64,000 nt of DNA, from NCBI GenBank assembly GCA_946965045.2, contig OX337238.1, positions 2,604,001 through 2,668,000 of the forward strand. Reading direction: 5' to 3'. The translations under genes and the position numbers were made by a program. Under the pieces are notes generated by a model. The model searched no databases and was not told the origin of the DNA. It worked only from the letters and a program-made list of their open reading frames with translations. The stretch is from Epithemia pelagica. Its lineage: Eukaryota > Protista > Bacillariophyta. Below are positions 7,335 to 19,319 of the stretch, piece by piece (the stretch's first letter is position 1; each line of letters starts with the position of its first letter).

Positions 7335-10300
7335 TTGAACACGTTGTCACCTCTTTGGACACCAACTTACGATATCTCACCCATCTTAGACTACTGGTAC
7401 GACTCTACCTTCGTACGACACCAAGCTGCACACGACCGTCACGCTAACGATCTTCGACTCGGAGAATTGGGACACGACTTTAGTAACTTGCTGCGTTGCT
7501 CGAGCGAGACTGTACGACAAACTTGTCATCATACTGCCTTCCGATTCGATCCTACCGTCTTTGCCAACACGAACAAAGACCAGACACGTAAAGAAGACCC
7601 TTTACTTTCAGTGATCTTGGACACAGGAGCTTCACACGGGCTGACCATGAGTGCCGAAGACTTAATTGAACTTACATATGGTAACTTCGGGTCAATGTCA
7701 ACCGCAGCGTCAAACAACCAGTTTCCTATCATTGGATCCGGTATCGTTGCATACGACGCAATAAGCGAAAACGGAGAAATTCAACGATGGACTTACCCAG
7801 CCAATCTCTGTCAAGCGGCCGGAACTCGACTCTGCTCTCCTCAAGTCTGCGCTGACTACCTGAATCTAGATCGACGATATCCCAGTTTTGAAAGCAACCA
7901 TGTTTTTGCAAGTCTCCAAACAAGTTCCAAAACTGATCGCCTTACCGTACCAATCGATCATGAAACAAATCTCCCGATCGTGAAGGTCAAGCATCACCGT
8001 CCTGAAAAACACACGAGGAAACGGCCTTCGCACTGTCGATGTGGTTCGACTCGATGGTGTCGATGCGTCTCAGCTGAGTCCATGAGCGTACCATCTCAAA
8101 CGATTAGTCAGATGCTGAACGCACACCCAATTCCAGACTTGATGACTGACGAAAATCGAAATTTATCCAAGGCACAACGGCAATTGCTTCTGGATCATCA
8201 ACGAATGGGTCACATCGGAATGCGACATGTACAACGTCTTTATTCTCCTCTCGGGTCCGGTGCACCGACTACACACAACGAAAATGGTGACTCATGTCTG
8301 TTACCACGTTTCCAATCGTCCACCAGCTGCGAGATTCCCAAATGTGAAGCATGTCTTTTAGCTAAGGCTCGACGTCGTCCCACACGCGCAACAACAAAAG
8401 TTCCAAACAAGCAGAGTCGACCGATACCTCCCACAACGGACTTGAAACCAGGGGATCTCGTCTCAATCGATCATTTCGAATCCTCGGTACGCGGTAGATT
8501 GTTGCATACACGCGGGCGAGAATTGCCACAACATCGATATTGCGGTGGAAGTCTGTTCTATGACCATGCATCTCAGGCCATCTTCACATACCCCCAGGTC
8601 TCTTTAGCCAGTAGCGATACCATTCGCTCGAAAGAGTCCTTTGAAGATCTCGTCCGGCAGTTGGGCCACTCAGTTCGTCACTACCACACTGACAATGGTG
8701 TCTTTACGTCGGACGCTTTCCGTCAGTCACTCAGTCAAGATCGCAACCAGCACCGCCCTTTGCACACTCGATCCGGTACAGGCGCCCACCATCAAAATGG
8801 GAATGCACAGCGAGGCATTCAAACCGTCACCCACATGGCCCGAACGATGATGCTGCAGTGTCATCTCCGTTGGCCTGAAGCCTTTTGTCCGACACTTTGG
8901 CCTATGGCTCTTTCCTACGCCACGTGGATCTACAATCATGTCCCTTCCGACGCAACGACCTTATCACCGATGGAACGCTTCACCGGAAGCAAGATGAACT
9001 GTGAGTATCTCCGACGACTGCGAGTGTGTTGTCCGGCGTATGTGCTTCACGCTCGTCTCCAAGATGGGAAGAAGCTGCCCAAATGGAATTCCCGAGCTAA
9101 ACGCGGACAGTTTCTTGGTTTTTCGCCGTCTCATTCGACCACGATTGGACTCATCCGCAACTTGGAAACGAACAACATCACTCCACAATTTCATGTGGCA
9201 TACGACAAACAGTTCCACACTGTGGCTAGCTCGTGGACACCGCCGCCGACCGACTCTCCGTTGCCCGACCTTTTCACTTGTGATTTCTACTTGGACGGCT
9301 ATGACGAGACGCTCGACGGCCCCTTGCCCGAGCTTGACTCGGAATGGTCTCTCGACGACGAACCATCTGCTCCTGCTTCGAGGCCACCTCCGATCCGTCC
9401 TGATGTTCCTTCGATTCCCACCATGCCGGAGGGCGAGAACGCACCACCCGCTTCTCCGTCCAGTCCACACTTACCGCACTTCCCACCTGTGAGCACTCCT
9501 GCCCGCGAACTTTCCCAAGAGCCGGGCGAGCCACCGTTGGACGTCCCTCTTGCACCAGACTTCGAAGAACCGGGCGAGCCACTTTTGGAGCCATCTGTCG
9601 ACGAACCGGGCGAGCCACCGTTGAATCCACCCGCTGACGAACCGGGCGAGCCACTGTTGGACCAATCTCCCGTTCGTCCACGTCGTCAACGCCATGCTCC
9701 ACGCCGTCTCCCCGACCCTGATCGACACGCACGTTTCCAACTGCCACCAACTGAAAGCCAATGGGACAACACAACGCGAAGCTTGAACCACTCTCCGCAT
9801 TGTCTTGGATTTCACATGAACCAACTCGACTGGACAGTGCCTCCAGATCCTACCTCTGACACTGTGGCAGCTCATTTCGAACAGGTGTATCACCGACAAG
9901 CAACAAGTACTCTCGGGTTGATTGATGAGTGGGACCCCCGTTTTCTCGCGGCCAAAGCCTTCGACGCCGACGCACCCTCAGTCTTTGAAGTCCGTCACAT
10001 GTGCGAAGAGGAACGAACCAAGTGGTACATTGCTATGGACAAAGAACTAAATGAACTCGAAGCGAAAGGAACTTTCCGTCTGGTCCCACGTTCCAAGGCA
10101 GCCGGCAAAGAAATCGTCGATACCATGTGGACGCTTAAACGCAAACGTCTTCCTGACGGCACCATCTCACGTTACAAAGCGAGACTTGTCGTCCGCGGTG
10201 ACCAACAAAAGGCAACATTCGACAAGGAGGACACTTTCGCACCAGTCATCGACTGGCCAGCCGTCAGACTCATGCTCATCCTCTCACTCCAACATAACCT

Positions 10301-11543
10301 TACCACAGTCTCGATCGACTTCAAAAATGCCTTCGTTCAGTCCAGCTTGCCGGAACCCATCTTTGTGAACCTACCAAAAGGATACGGCGGAGGCCACACA
10401 GACCGAATACTCGAAGTAACCAAGAGCCTATACGGCGACTGCAGAGCCCCACGGCTCTGGTATGACCATCTCAAGGCCCAACTATCGAAGCTCGGACTGA
10501 AACCCGACGGGTCCGACCCATGCCTGTTCTGTAAAGAAAACGTGGTGTTAGTCACGTATGTCGACGACGCCATCATCTGCGGCACGGACCAAGACGCTGT
10601 CAATGAGATTTTGAACGGACTTAAAAAGTTAGACATGGACTTCGATCATCTCGGCGACTTACCCACTTACCTGGGTGTGCAAATTACCCGCCATGAGGAT
10701 GGCAGCATGGAGTTGAAACAACCTCACTTGACCGAAAGCATCATTGCAGCGCTGGGACTGACCGACAGTCGGGCAAAGGGAACACCAGCCTCTCGCACAA
10801 TCGGTAAGGAGACAGACAAGCCACCTCTTGACGAAGGGTTCAACTACCGCTCCGTGGTGGGCATGTTATTATGCTTGGGCAATAACACACGCCCAGATTG
10901 CGCCTTCGCTATACACCAAGCGGCACGGTTCAGTAATAACCCTCGCCAACCCCACGGCAAAGCCCTGAAACGAATTGGCCGCTATCTACAAGGCACCCAA
11001 GACAAAGGCCTCATCTTGCATCCATCAAAGGACATGACGTTGAATTGTTACGTGGATGCGGACTTCGCTGGAATCTGGGGCAACGAAGACCCTCATGACT
11101 CAACATCCGTGCGTTCACGCACCGGATTTATCATCACACTCGGAGACTCACCGGTGACATGGTCCAGCAAGCTTCAGACCGAAATAGCACTCTCAACGAT
11201 GGAAGCGGAATACATTGCCGCAAGCACAAGCATGAGAACCTTGTTACCATTGCGACGACAACTCTTAAAACTCACCCAGTTGCCCGACACATCCATCGTA
11301 AGCATTGTTTGGGAAGACAACCAAGCCGCCCTGAATCTCTCCACCAAAGATCCACCTCGCATGACACCGCGGTCCAAACATATCGCAATCAAATATCACT
11401 GGCTCAGAGAGAAACTATCACCAGGCAAACATGGAATCAAGATGCGCCCAATCGCCACAGACGATCAACTTGGCGATTGTTTCACGAAACCCCTCGAACT
11501 CGGACCTTTCGAAACCGCACGGAAGAAGATCCTCGGCTGGTAA
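7335..11543 (+). CDS. pol: Copia pol polyprotein (protease, GAG-pre-integrase, integrase, RT, RNase H); integrase catalytic Glu appears mutated
   Basis: LDTGAS protease; HQRMGH...CEAC zinc finger; DLVSIDHF...TDNG...QNGNAQRGI (Q where E is expected); RYKARLVVRG, DFKNAFVQ, YVDD; YVDADFAG...LSTMEAEY...WEDNQAA...DCFTKPL. Confidence 0.97.
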   Translation: MNTLSPLWTPTYDISPILDYWYDSTFVRHQAAHDRHANDLRLGELGHDFSNLLRCSSETVRQTCHHTAFRFDPTVFANTNKDQTRKEDPLLSVILDTGASHGLTMSAEDLIELTYGNFGSMSTAASNNQFPIIGSGIVAYDAISENGEIQRWTYPANLCQAAGTRLCSPQVCADYLNLDRRYPSFESNHVFASLQTSSKTDRLTVPIDHETNLPIVKVKHHRPEKHTRKRPSHCRCGSTRWCRCVSAESMSVPSQTISQMLNAHPIPDLMTDENRNLSKAQRQLLLDHQRMGHIGMRHVQRLYSPLGSGAPTTHNENGDSCLLPRFQSSTSCEIPKCEACLLAKARRRPTRATTKVPNKQSRPIPPTTDLKPGDLVSIDHFESSVRGRLLHTRGRELPQHRYCGGSLFYDHASQAIFTYPQVSLASSDTIRSKESFEDLVRQLGHSVRHYHTDNGVFTSDAFRQSLSQDRNQHRPLHTRSGTGAHHQNGNAQRGIQTVTHMARTMMLQCHLRWPEAFCPTLWPMALSYATWIYNHVPSDATTLSPMERFTGSKMNCEYLRRLRVCCPAYVLHARLQDGKKLPKWNSRAKRGQFLGFSPSHSTTIGLIRNLETNNITPQFHVAYDKQFHTVASSWTPPPTDSPLPDLFTCDFYLDGYDETLDGPLPELDSEWSLDDEPSAPASRPPPIRPDVPSIPTMPEGENAPPASPSSPHLPHFPPVSTPARELSQEPGEPPLDVPLAPDFEEPGEPLLEPSVDEPGEPPLNPPADEPGEPLLDQSPVRPRRQRHAPRRLPDPDRHARFQLPPTESQWDNTTRSLNHSPHCLGFHMNQLDWTVPPDPTSDTVAAHFEQVYHRQATSTLGLIDEWDPRFLAAKAFDADAPSVFEVRHMCEEERTKWYIAMDKELNELEAKGTFRLVPRSKAAGKEIVDTMWTLKRKRLPDGTISRYKARLVVRGDQQKATFDKEDTFAPVIDWPAVRLMLILSLQHNLTTVSIDFKNAFVQSSLPEPIFVNLPKGYGGGHTDRILEVTKSLYGDCRAPRLWYDHLKAQLSKLGLKPDGSDPCLFCKENVVLVTYVDDAIICGTDQDAVNEILNGLKKLDMDFDHLGDLPTYLGVQITRHEDGSMELKQPHLTESIIAALGLTDSRAKGTPASRTIGKETDKPPLDEGFNYRSVVGMLLCLGNNTRPDCAFAIHQAARFSNNPRQPHGKALKRIGRYLQGTQDKGLILHPSKDMTLNCYVDADFAGIWGNEDPHDSTSVRSRTGFIITLGDSPVTWSSKLQTEIALSTMEAEYIAASTSMRTLLPLRRQLLKLTQLPDTSIVSIVWEDNQAALNLSTKDPPRMTPRSKHIAIKYHWLREKLSPGKHGIKMRPIATDDQLGDCFTKPLELGPFETARKKILGW
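9518..9670 (+). repeat. Four imperfect in-frame repeats encoding EPGEP(P/L)L in the INT-RT linker
   Basis: GA(A/G)CCGGGCGAGCCAC occurs four times at ~36-48 bp spacing. Confidence 0.85.
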
Positions 11544-11555
11544 CTTGGCTCCGTC

Positions 11556-11564
11556 GAGGGCGAG
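11556..11564 (+). promoter_or_regulatory. Polypurine tract
   Basis: GAGGGCGAG immediately before TGTCAC, the LTR start. Confidence 0.75.
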
Positions 11565-11830
11565 TGTCACGGTACGACAAAGAACCGCCTCCTTTCATTC
11601 CAATCCAACTCACCAAAATTTATCGCACCAAGAGATCGACCTCACCAAATCACCTTAGTTTAGCAAACATAACTTTCAGAACAACAAAATTTACATACAA
11701 CACAATGATTCACCTTTACACGCACCTCGACAATGGCGTACGGAACATTCGGAAATTTGGAATGCCACAGCGCCAAATTGCCAAAATTCACTCCCCATCG
11801 GAACGTTCCAAAAACTCTCTAACAACGACA
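11565..11830 (+). repeat. Copia 3' LTR (266 bp, TG...CA)
   Basis: Starts TGTCACGG after the PPT and ends AACGACA, the same end as the 5' remnant. Confidence 0.9.
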
Positions 11831-12276
11831 CTTGTTCGTGATATGGTGTTTGCAATGGGAAAAAACTCTATGGACTGCGACCAATACAGGCCCCGGGGCG
11901 AGTGCTTGGCGCAACGAAGGACGGGCGTCGCGCCGTCCCGTACTTCTGGCCAAAAGAGCGCGTGACGAGCCTTCATACGGGACTCGCTTCTCGATGAGAA
12001 CACACACCACCACGAGTAGAGGACAGAATCAACAAGACGCGCCCCGGGGGTGTGTCGATCATTCGTTGAGTGTCTAATTTTTCGATTGGTTGTTTGGAAC
12101 AACAAAACGCAACAAACAAAAGGGCGAATCGTCGTTGTGTTCCCGCCGATGCCTTTCGTGTCGATCACCCAAAAGTAGAACAACAACCGTCACAAACAAC
12201 AAGCTTCCTCTATCGACTCGTCCTAGTTTGATTGGGTGTCGCAAATCTTTGAAACATCGCAGAAATCACACCCAGA

Positions 12277-14025
12277 ATGCAACGTCGTGCTCCTTCTACA
12301 GTGGCGGCCGCAGCGCCCGGTCTCACCCACGAGGCATCATCGTCCACGCCCACCGCTTCGAGTACAACTTTGCGTCGCAAAAAGCGAAAGGGTCTGTTGA
12401 GTTCCAGTCGCCGTTCGTCGTCGTTGTGGGACGACGATGGCTTGTTTTTTGTCTTGGTGGGTGCCATGGGCTGTGGTTTGGCCCTCTTTCTCGTGGCACT
12501 AGCCGTTCGATTGGCCCACCAATGGAACTGGTCAGCCAAACTAATGCATGGTAGTGGTCGCATGGCTCATGTCGGAGACTGGAATCCGCATCGCAAAAAG
12601 GCCGGTCATCATGGTGCGGCGCATCACAACCAAAATCATGGACTTGGTGCGGACGATGGCGGCAATGAAGAAGACGATGAATTGGAACCCCTTCCCTTTA
12701 ACCGCATTTATCGCATTCCCGAGGCCATGGAAACCATGGGCGATCGGAGTTCGCACTATGCCGACTTGCGCAAACGCTACGATACGGAACTTTTACCCAA
12801 GGACGATCAGCGGAGTCTCGACTTTATTCGCTCGGTCACCAAGGCCGTCCCACCCTCCTTTTTGTCGTCTTCCAGTAGTAGTACAATTCATCATTCCGAT
12901 CAAGTGCATCACGACAAGAACAATCCGGAGGCCTCCTATGACATTACCAATTGTCCGTACGAACCACCGCAGAATTATCCTCGTCAATGGAAGTTGGTCG
13001 ACGAGGTGTTGGACAATTGGCCGACCGATCAAACGGAATTGCCCACGAGGGGCATTCATCAAGGTTTGTGTCAATTTGATTATACCAAGGAGTATGACAA
13101 GGCCTTGCACTACCGTGAATTGGAACTGCCCTTTGTCGTTGTCAACGATCCGCAGGTCGCTCGTACGGCCGAACGATGGAATGAACCCGATTATGTCAAT
13201 CAAATGGTGGGACCCAATGTGATGCATCGCGCCGAATACAATACCAACAATCACTTTTTGTATCACATGCCCTCGGGACCCAATGGTGGCGGTGGCGGCG
13301 GACGAAATGGACGACGAGGGTTGGGTGGAGGACGACACGGAACTGGCGAACATGGTGGCGGTTTGCGAGATGCGCAAGGTCGCAAGGCGGAATTGCAAAA
13401 CAAGGACGCCATTCCGGAAGCCTTGCGCATGACCTATTCCGATTGGTTGCAAAAGGCCAATGTGACGGCCGATCATGCCTCGCCGACTATGGAACATTGG
13501 TATTATCGCTTGATTGGATGCGGATACATGGGTGCCGATGGCAGTTGCGACAAGGGGTCGACCGAAGCCTTGTATGACGAATTGCCCTTTTTTCAACCCA
13601 CCCATGACAATCCCTTGTACATTGGCGATCCCGACGAACAAAAGGGGATTCATTGTCGGTTCGGTATGAAGGGTGTCATTGCGGAAAATCATTTTGATGC
13701 CAGTCGTAATGCAATTGCTCTCTTTTACGGCCATCGCCGCTACATTTTGTCTCATCCCGATCAATGTGGCAATTTGGCTCTCTTGCCCAAACAACATCCC
13801 AGTGCTCGTCATTCCGCTGTGGATTATACCCATCCCGATTTGGATCGGTATCCGGAATTTGCCCAAGCGATGGGCAATGAAGTGGTGATGCAACCCGGAC
13901 AAGTCTTGTATTTGCCCACCAATTGGTTCCATTACATTGTCTCGCTCGATTTGAATTATCAATGCAATACGCGATCGGGTGCGACCCACCAGTATTGGGA
14001 TCCCATTCATCAATGTGGATTTTAA
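12277..14025 (+). CDS. JmjC/cupin_8-like 2OG-Fe(II) oxygenase with N-terminal transmembrane anchor (582 aa)
   Basis: TM segment LFFVLVGAMGCGLALFLVALAV; AENHFDASRN (HxD); EVVMQPGQVLYLPTNWFHYIVSL (distal His). Confidence 0.85.
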   Translation: MQRRAPSTVAAAAPGLTHEASSSTPTASSTTLRRKKRKGLLSSSRRSSSLWDDDGLFFVLVGAMGCGLALFLVALAVRLAHQWNWSAKLMHGSGRMAHVGDWNPHRKKAGHHGAAHHNQNHGLGADDGGNEEDDELEPLPFNRIYRIPEAMETMGDRSSHYADLRKRYDTELLPKDDQRSLDFIRSVTKAVPPSFLSSSSSSTIHHSDQVHHDKNNPEASYDITNCPYEPPQNYPRQWKLVDEVLDNWPTDQTELPTRGIHQGLCQFDYTKEYDKALHYRELELPFVVVNDPQVARTAERWNEPDYVNQMVGPNVMHRAEYNTNNHFLYHMPSGPNGGGGGGRNGRRGLGGGRHGTGEHGGGLRDAQGRKAELQNKDAIPEALRMTYSDWLQKANVTADHASPTMEHWYYRLIGCGYMGADGSCDKGSTEALYDELPFFQPTHDNPLYIGDPDEQKGIHCRFGMKGVIAENHFDASRNAIALFYGHRRYILSHPDQCGNLALLPKQHPSARHSAVDYTHPDLDRYPEFAQAMGNEVVMQPGQVLYLPTNWFHYIVSLDLNYQCNTRSGATHQYWDPIHQCGF

Positions 14026-14477
14026 GTCTACAGGTAGTTGGAACGATACGAGAAAAAAGTATCCAAAGATGCAACGGAACCAAGTCACTCGCATATGGGA
14101 TATATGGATCAACACACGCGTTCCACGACAACAACAACTCTCTAGATTCCCATCAGGGCGCCGTACACACAGCAGGTTAACACTATATAAATCAACAGGG
14201 TTCGAGACTCGTCTTTACCAAAGAAAAACCGTTGGCGGATTGTAGGAACGGCCCTTGCCCGAAAGGGCTACGACCAGGTAGCTCCTTGTCGAACGAACTC
14301 AATCGTTTTCCGGTTTGGGTGCAACATACAGTCCATCCGTTGATTCCTCGTCGATCCGTCCGCCGTTCGTCATATGTTTTTTCAGGTTTTGTGGAGAAGG
14401 ACCAATCCTTGGTGCGTTGTCCATTCCTTTCCTTGTTGCCACAAAAATCTCTACGAGCACCAGTTCGTTTGGTAAAC

Positions 14478-15685
14478 ATGACGACACTGCAACAGCTTGC
14501 GCAGCAATCTGGACTGGTCTTTGCCAATAATGTGTCGCAATGGAATGTCAATGACTGGCCTCCCCTTTTAGATGAGGCGCGGGAGGGCCATGCTTCAGTC
14601 GTGCTCGACGATCCCGAACAGCATGACAGGGCACAGACGGTTGTAGTTTTGGGAGGATTTAAGCACGGCTTCAAAAATCAGTTCTGCTATTGGATTTGAC
14701 AGAAGAAAACAAGCAATGGCGTAAAGGACCGCTTTTGAATGACGACCGTGCCTGTCATGCTGCGGTGGTTTGTAACGGAGGAGTGTATGTGATTGGAGGA
14801 TACAATGAAAGTTCATCGTTTAATAGTATCGAACGAATGGATGTTGAAAATTTGTTAATAGGGGCATCGGTACGCACCACCAGCAACCAATGGAGGACCC
14901 TGACTTGTCGATTGTCTACGAGAAGATATGCATGTTCGGCTGTTGCCGTCTCCAATCGTTACATTGTCGTGATTGGTGGATACAACGGAAACAATTTGTC
15001 GTCGGTTGATATTCTTGATACAGCTGTGCACAGCAACCACACTGTGATTTCAGGGCCATCCATGACGGTTCCTCGACATGGTTGTGCAAGTGCTGTCATT
15101 GGCAACCGTATCTTTGTTGTTGGAGGCTTTGCAAATGGAACAGCTCTCAAATCAGTGGAGTATTTGGAGTTTCATGATCCTTCGGGCAATGAAACAAAGA
15201 ACACAACAAATAACGTGTTTCCCTGCTCTTGTCGTTGGACGAGTCACAATGAGCTTGAGATTTCCGTCCCTCGGAGTAGTTATGCAGTCGTATCTGTTGG
15301 ATCCTGTCTAATTGTTATTGGAGGTTTCACGGCTACGACATACGGAGAAGTCTTGGATACTTGTCGTAACACTGTGTGGATCATTCCCCAGCAAACAGGA
15401 TTACGTTCAGGTGGTGCCTGCCCTGCTGTGGTTCACTCAAAGGGAATCGCAGTGATTGGTGGAAGTGGCAATGCTTCTTGTGAGACACTATCGTTGATTG
15501 ACAAGAAGACGTGGTGTTTTCGTCGACTCACTGAGCAGGTGCCGAGTACAATCTTTGGGTCAAGAACAAACTCACTGGGATTAGCACCGGATTGTGCTAC
15601 AGTATTGCAGGAACCGAATGAGCGCCCCAAGAAGAAGTTAGCAACTGGCAAGAGTGAAAGGGAGAAAGTGTCGAGTGAGAAATAG
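14478..15685 (+). pseudogene. Kelch gene K1, 1-bp frameshift at ~14673-14677
   Basis: MTTLQQLAQQSGL...DWPPLL N-terminus continues in another frame into GG-containing Kelch repeats. AAAAA stands where paralogs have 6 nt (ACCAAC); may be a homopolymer sequencing error. Confidence 0.8.
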
Positions 15686-17280
15686 AAATAGTAGGACTGC
15701 ATCTAAGCCATGAGAATAATGAGTACAAGGTTTCGAACTGTCTGGTGTTCAAAATACTGGGAGAAATGCACTTCACACGAAAGAACGACAGCAAACATCG
15801 TTCAAACTCACCTTAAGGCAATGACCAAGTGATTCTTTGTGCTGTTGCGACGATATTGTGGCACGAGGAATGATCCATTCGGGCTATATAATAGAGCAGT
15901 CTTACGGCAGGTCATGCATTCACAAATCATCTCCATACCTCGATTCCGTCGCTGTCTTTGGCAGCGATATGCGAGTATGTCGCAGTCTTTTGTGATAGTC
16001 TCCGTCCATGATCCCTTCTCTTTTGGTCATCTTAATCAAGAATGATCGCGTCACACCAACTCCATTACGCTACAAATTACAAATGCATGTCTTTCACCGT
16101 TGCGTGTTTTGTCTCGCTTGGTATGGCTGTGCAAATTTGGTTTCGTGGGAGGACTCTTTTCTCGTTCGATCGTGGAATATCTTGTGATAGTCGAATAGCC
16201 TTGCTTAATGCACCAATAATCATATGAAGCCATCGCCGCGACTTTGTTTCGACAACGCACAGGGGCAAAACACTGACAACAGCATTTGGATATTCATCTT
16301 GATAACTTTGCTGCTTCATGAGATACCATATTACATTGGAATCACTTGCCAGTAACCAGTTGCAGGTCTCGTCATCCACGGATGGAATTGTAGTGAGGCA
16401 ACAATGTCAACACAAACAACTGCGATTGTGTCATACACGAGAAATAGAGTCAACAACGGATCAAGCAAATGTGGGATATCAACAGTGCTGATTTGTGCTT
16501 CTTTTTCATATTGTAGAATCTCGTTCTCTTTCTGTGTGAACATCTGGCTAGCATGACTTTGAATGATCCATCCCGAGCATACGCAATGCAGGTCATCTCA
16601 ATAATGATCGCGTCCCACCAACTCCATCAGAACTTTGTCTTCAAATGGATATCTTTTTCTTTCTTTACGGACAGCTTCTCCTCCCATACTTTTCTCTTCG
16701 TCCTCTGGTTCGTCTTTTATCTCTTGCTTTGCAAAACTTGTTTTGTGAAGGAGCCTCTCTCGCGTTTTCTATTGTCGCGCGTGGCGCAGTCTCTCGTGCC
16801 GATCAAGCCGGCCATGACTTTGCCCGCGCATTCTCCAGCTTCTGGCGCGCACAAACGACCGAGACCTCATTTTTTCCTCTCGCCGTATGCAGAATCGATG
16901 GGAATGCGAGCGACAATGGTGCTCCTTTTGGCTGTGCATGCGGAGAGCGTTGGGTGATCCTGCAGCTTTCTGTGTGTAGGACCACACAAAGCCATGCGCA
17001 ATCTTGCGGAAAGCCGTGACGAAAAATGTATCAAGCTGAATATGCAAGATAGGAAGCAAAATCTGGAATGGCAACAACACAGCAACAACCAGGGGCTGTT
17101 GTACCAAAAATGAAACAAGAAGGGAGACTCCACGGTGACTCACCCAGCTCGATATGTCGAAAGATATCATAATTTCTGGATGAATGGATTGCCATGTCTT
17201 CAACCTCGCATTGTTCTGCAGTTTGTACGAAGCAATTTATCATGTTTGCTTGCTATGGGTCATGATAAACACGGGGATGA

Positions 17281-17515
17281 AGAAGTTTTGGATATTTACC
17301 GGAACTTGGTGTGGAAGCTCCCGAGAGTACCAGCTGAATATTGGTGTTGCAGTGCTGTGACTTTCTTGAATGGAATTGCCGTGATTGGTGGATCAGGGAA
17401 TGATGCGACACTGCCCTTGATGGACAAGAACACGTGGTGCTTTCGTCGACTCTGCAACATGGAGCCAAACGGATGGTATCGCTTGGGTTCCAAGAACGAC
17501 TTGACATTGGCATAA
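17281..17515 (+). pseudogene. Kelch gene K2, 3' fragment only
   Basis: EVLDIYRNLVWKLP...GIAVIGGSGNDATLPLMDKNTWCFRRL matches the family C-terminus; no N-terminal part upstream. Confidence 0.75.
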
Positions 17516-19319
17516 GCTCAAGAACGTGGGACGACTGATTCAGACAATGATCATGAAGGTTGACTTATCGAAATGTGTTACATTCAACAACAGGGATACT
17601 ATAGCATTGTTGGTTTGGTTTTTCCTCTCGAAGAATTGAATCTTTTGTTAATGACATTAGTATACCTCTGGAGATGTGGTGAATGTTTTCGTACATTCCT
17701 CTTGTCACGAGGGTCTTGCTGTTGTCCAAAGAGTCAGAATTGTCAGTTATGTCGATCGTTGGCGGCTTTTCCCACTGGAGCCCGAACTGGCGGTTTATAG
17801 TCCTCCTATTGTAGTTCGTAACTCAAAATAGAACTCGAATATGGTCTTGCTATTACTGACCAGTACTTGCATTAAATCAGAAGGACAATAACAGCAAAGG
17901 ACCAAAGTCTCAAAATGGTTTGAATGCATCGACCATGGTTGGCCATTGATGAAAAAGATCCACACGAGATCCGCGGGACCTCCACAACGATCGTCGATGG
18001 GTCGCATATAAAGAGGGATTGGGTCGCGGAACGATTCCATGCCAGAGGAGACGCAGCCACGGTGGTTTTCTTCCTTCTTGAACTTGGAATGACCCACCAT
18101 GACGAATGGAACGAGACACGAGAGATAAATGTGGCGTTGTCTCCGTAAATCTGCCGACCGCGTCTCGGTTGTCCAGGAGAGGGAGGCCCTTTGTTCTTCA
18201 CGCAGTTGACACCAGCGAAAGCTCGGTAGACGACAAGAGAGAATCTCATGTTCGAGCATCATGGAGTTGTTCGCGTCGCCTGGTACAATTCCAATGGGCC
18301 TGTCATTTCTCAAACCAGTGGCGAACGCGTATCACGAAATGCGAAGTGTTTCCTCTGGAGAAGTCCAATTGTGGCCTTTGTGTTGTCTAAGCCCTGTTGT
18401 CTCATTCAACACACACAGTTGGCTGAGACTAGCCGTTAGAGGAAACAAGTTGAAGAACCAGACAAAAGAAAGTCAAAATGTTACAAATGAAACCAGAACA
18501 ACCCGTTATATTACCAGCACTACGCAACAATGGTTGCTCTTTATCATGGCTGATGTGCTGTGGGGTTCCATATGTCGTCAAGTATAGATTGGTACGGTTC
18601 TGACAAGTGTGCGATGCAACCATGTGTTTGGCATGTGTATTGGCAACTGAAATGGCAACAATATCCATGGGCTCTCTTCATGGCTCTCTTCCTCGTGCAT
18701 CTTGGCGTTGGCGAGTGTGGGGTGCCCATGTGATCCATGCACGGACATGCGTCATGCTTGGTTTCTTTTGCATTGGATGGGGCCTTTTGGATGAAACAAG
18801 GACTGGTTGGCTTCGTTGGGATTGAGAACACAAAAGAAGCAACAACCGAAGCGAACGCTACAATCGACGACGTTGGACAAGAAACAAGAGTGAATCGACT
18901 CTCATTGTGGTCATTGTGAATCCAACAGAACATTGGGTTGTGAGTGCCACACTTCTCTCGGGATTCTTCTCTACGAGATCCATCTCTCTCATTGTCTTTC
19001 AAGATTGAGACGGAGACACAATGCCTCATGCACCCTGGGCGATGAAAGAGCGTTTGGCTGCGATGTTGGAGTTTGCAAAAGAGCGAGGAGGAATCTAGGG
19101 CCTCACGACTGCAACGGACAAGGATTACCAACGGAGACACGAGTTCCTGTGATAGCGACTAGGAGCTTCCGTCTTGAAGTGGGATTGCCAGCGTGGAATC
19201 CCTGGTTTGGGCGAGGGTGACTTGTTTTCGTGGATGGTTTTGGACCCGTTCATCTGTCCAAGGTCATCAGATGAAGGATGACAATCGCCGCCGTGGAGGT
19301 CTTTCTGTCGTCTTCTGTT

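Larger units (their letters stand above)
5387..11830 (+). mobile_element. Ty1/Copia LTR retrotransposon (diatom CoDi-like), 5' LTR interrupted or truncated
   Basis: LTR 3' ends identical at 5387-5455 and 11762-11830; PBS, gag, pol in PR-INT-RT-RH order, PPT, TG...CA 3' LTR. Confidence 0.95.

Noticed and set aside
9518-9670. CRISPR-like repeat-spacer pattern (also 46075-46152)
   Set aside because: Only 3-4 short imperfect units, in frame within proteins, no cas genes, eukaryotic context.
17795-19220. ORFs 17795..18313(-), 18544..19140(-) and neighbours as real genes
   Set aside because: No recognisable motifs, overlapping short ORFs on both strands, located in a decayed mosaic region.
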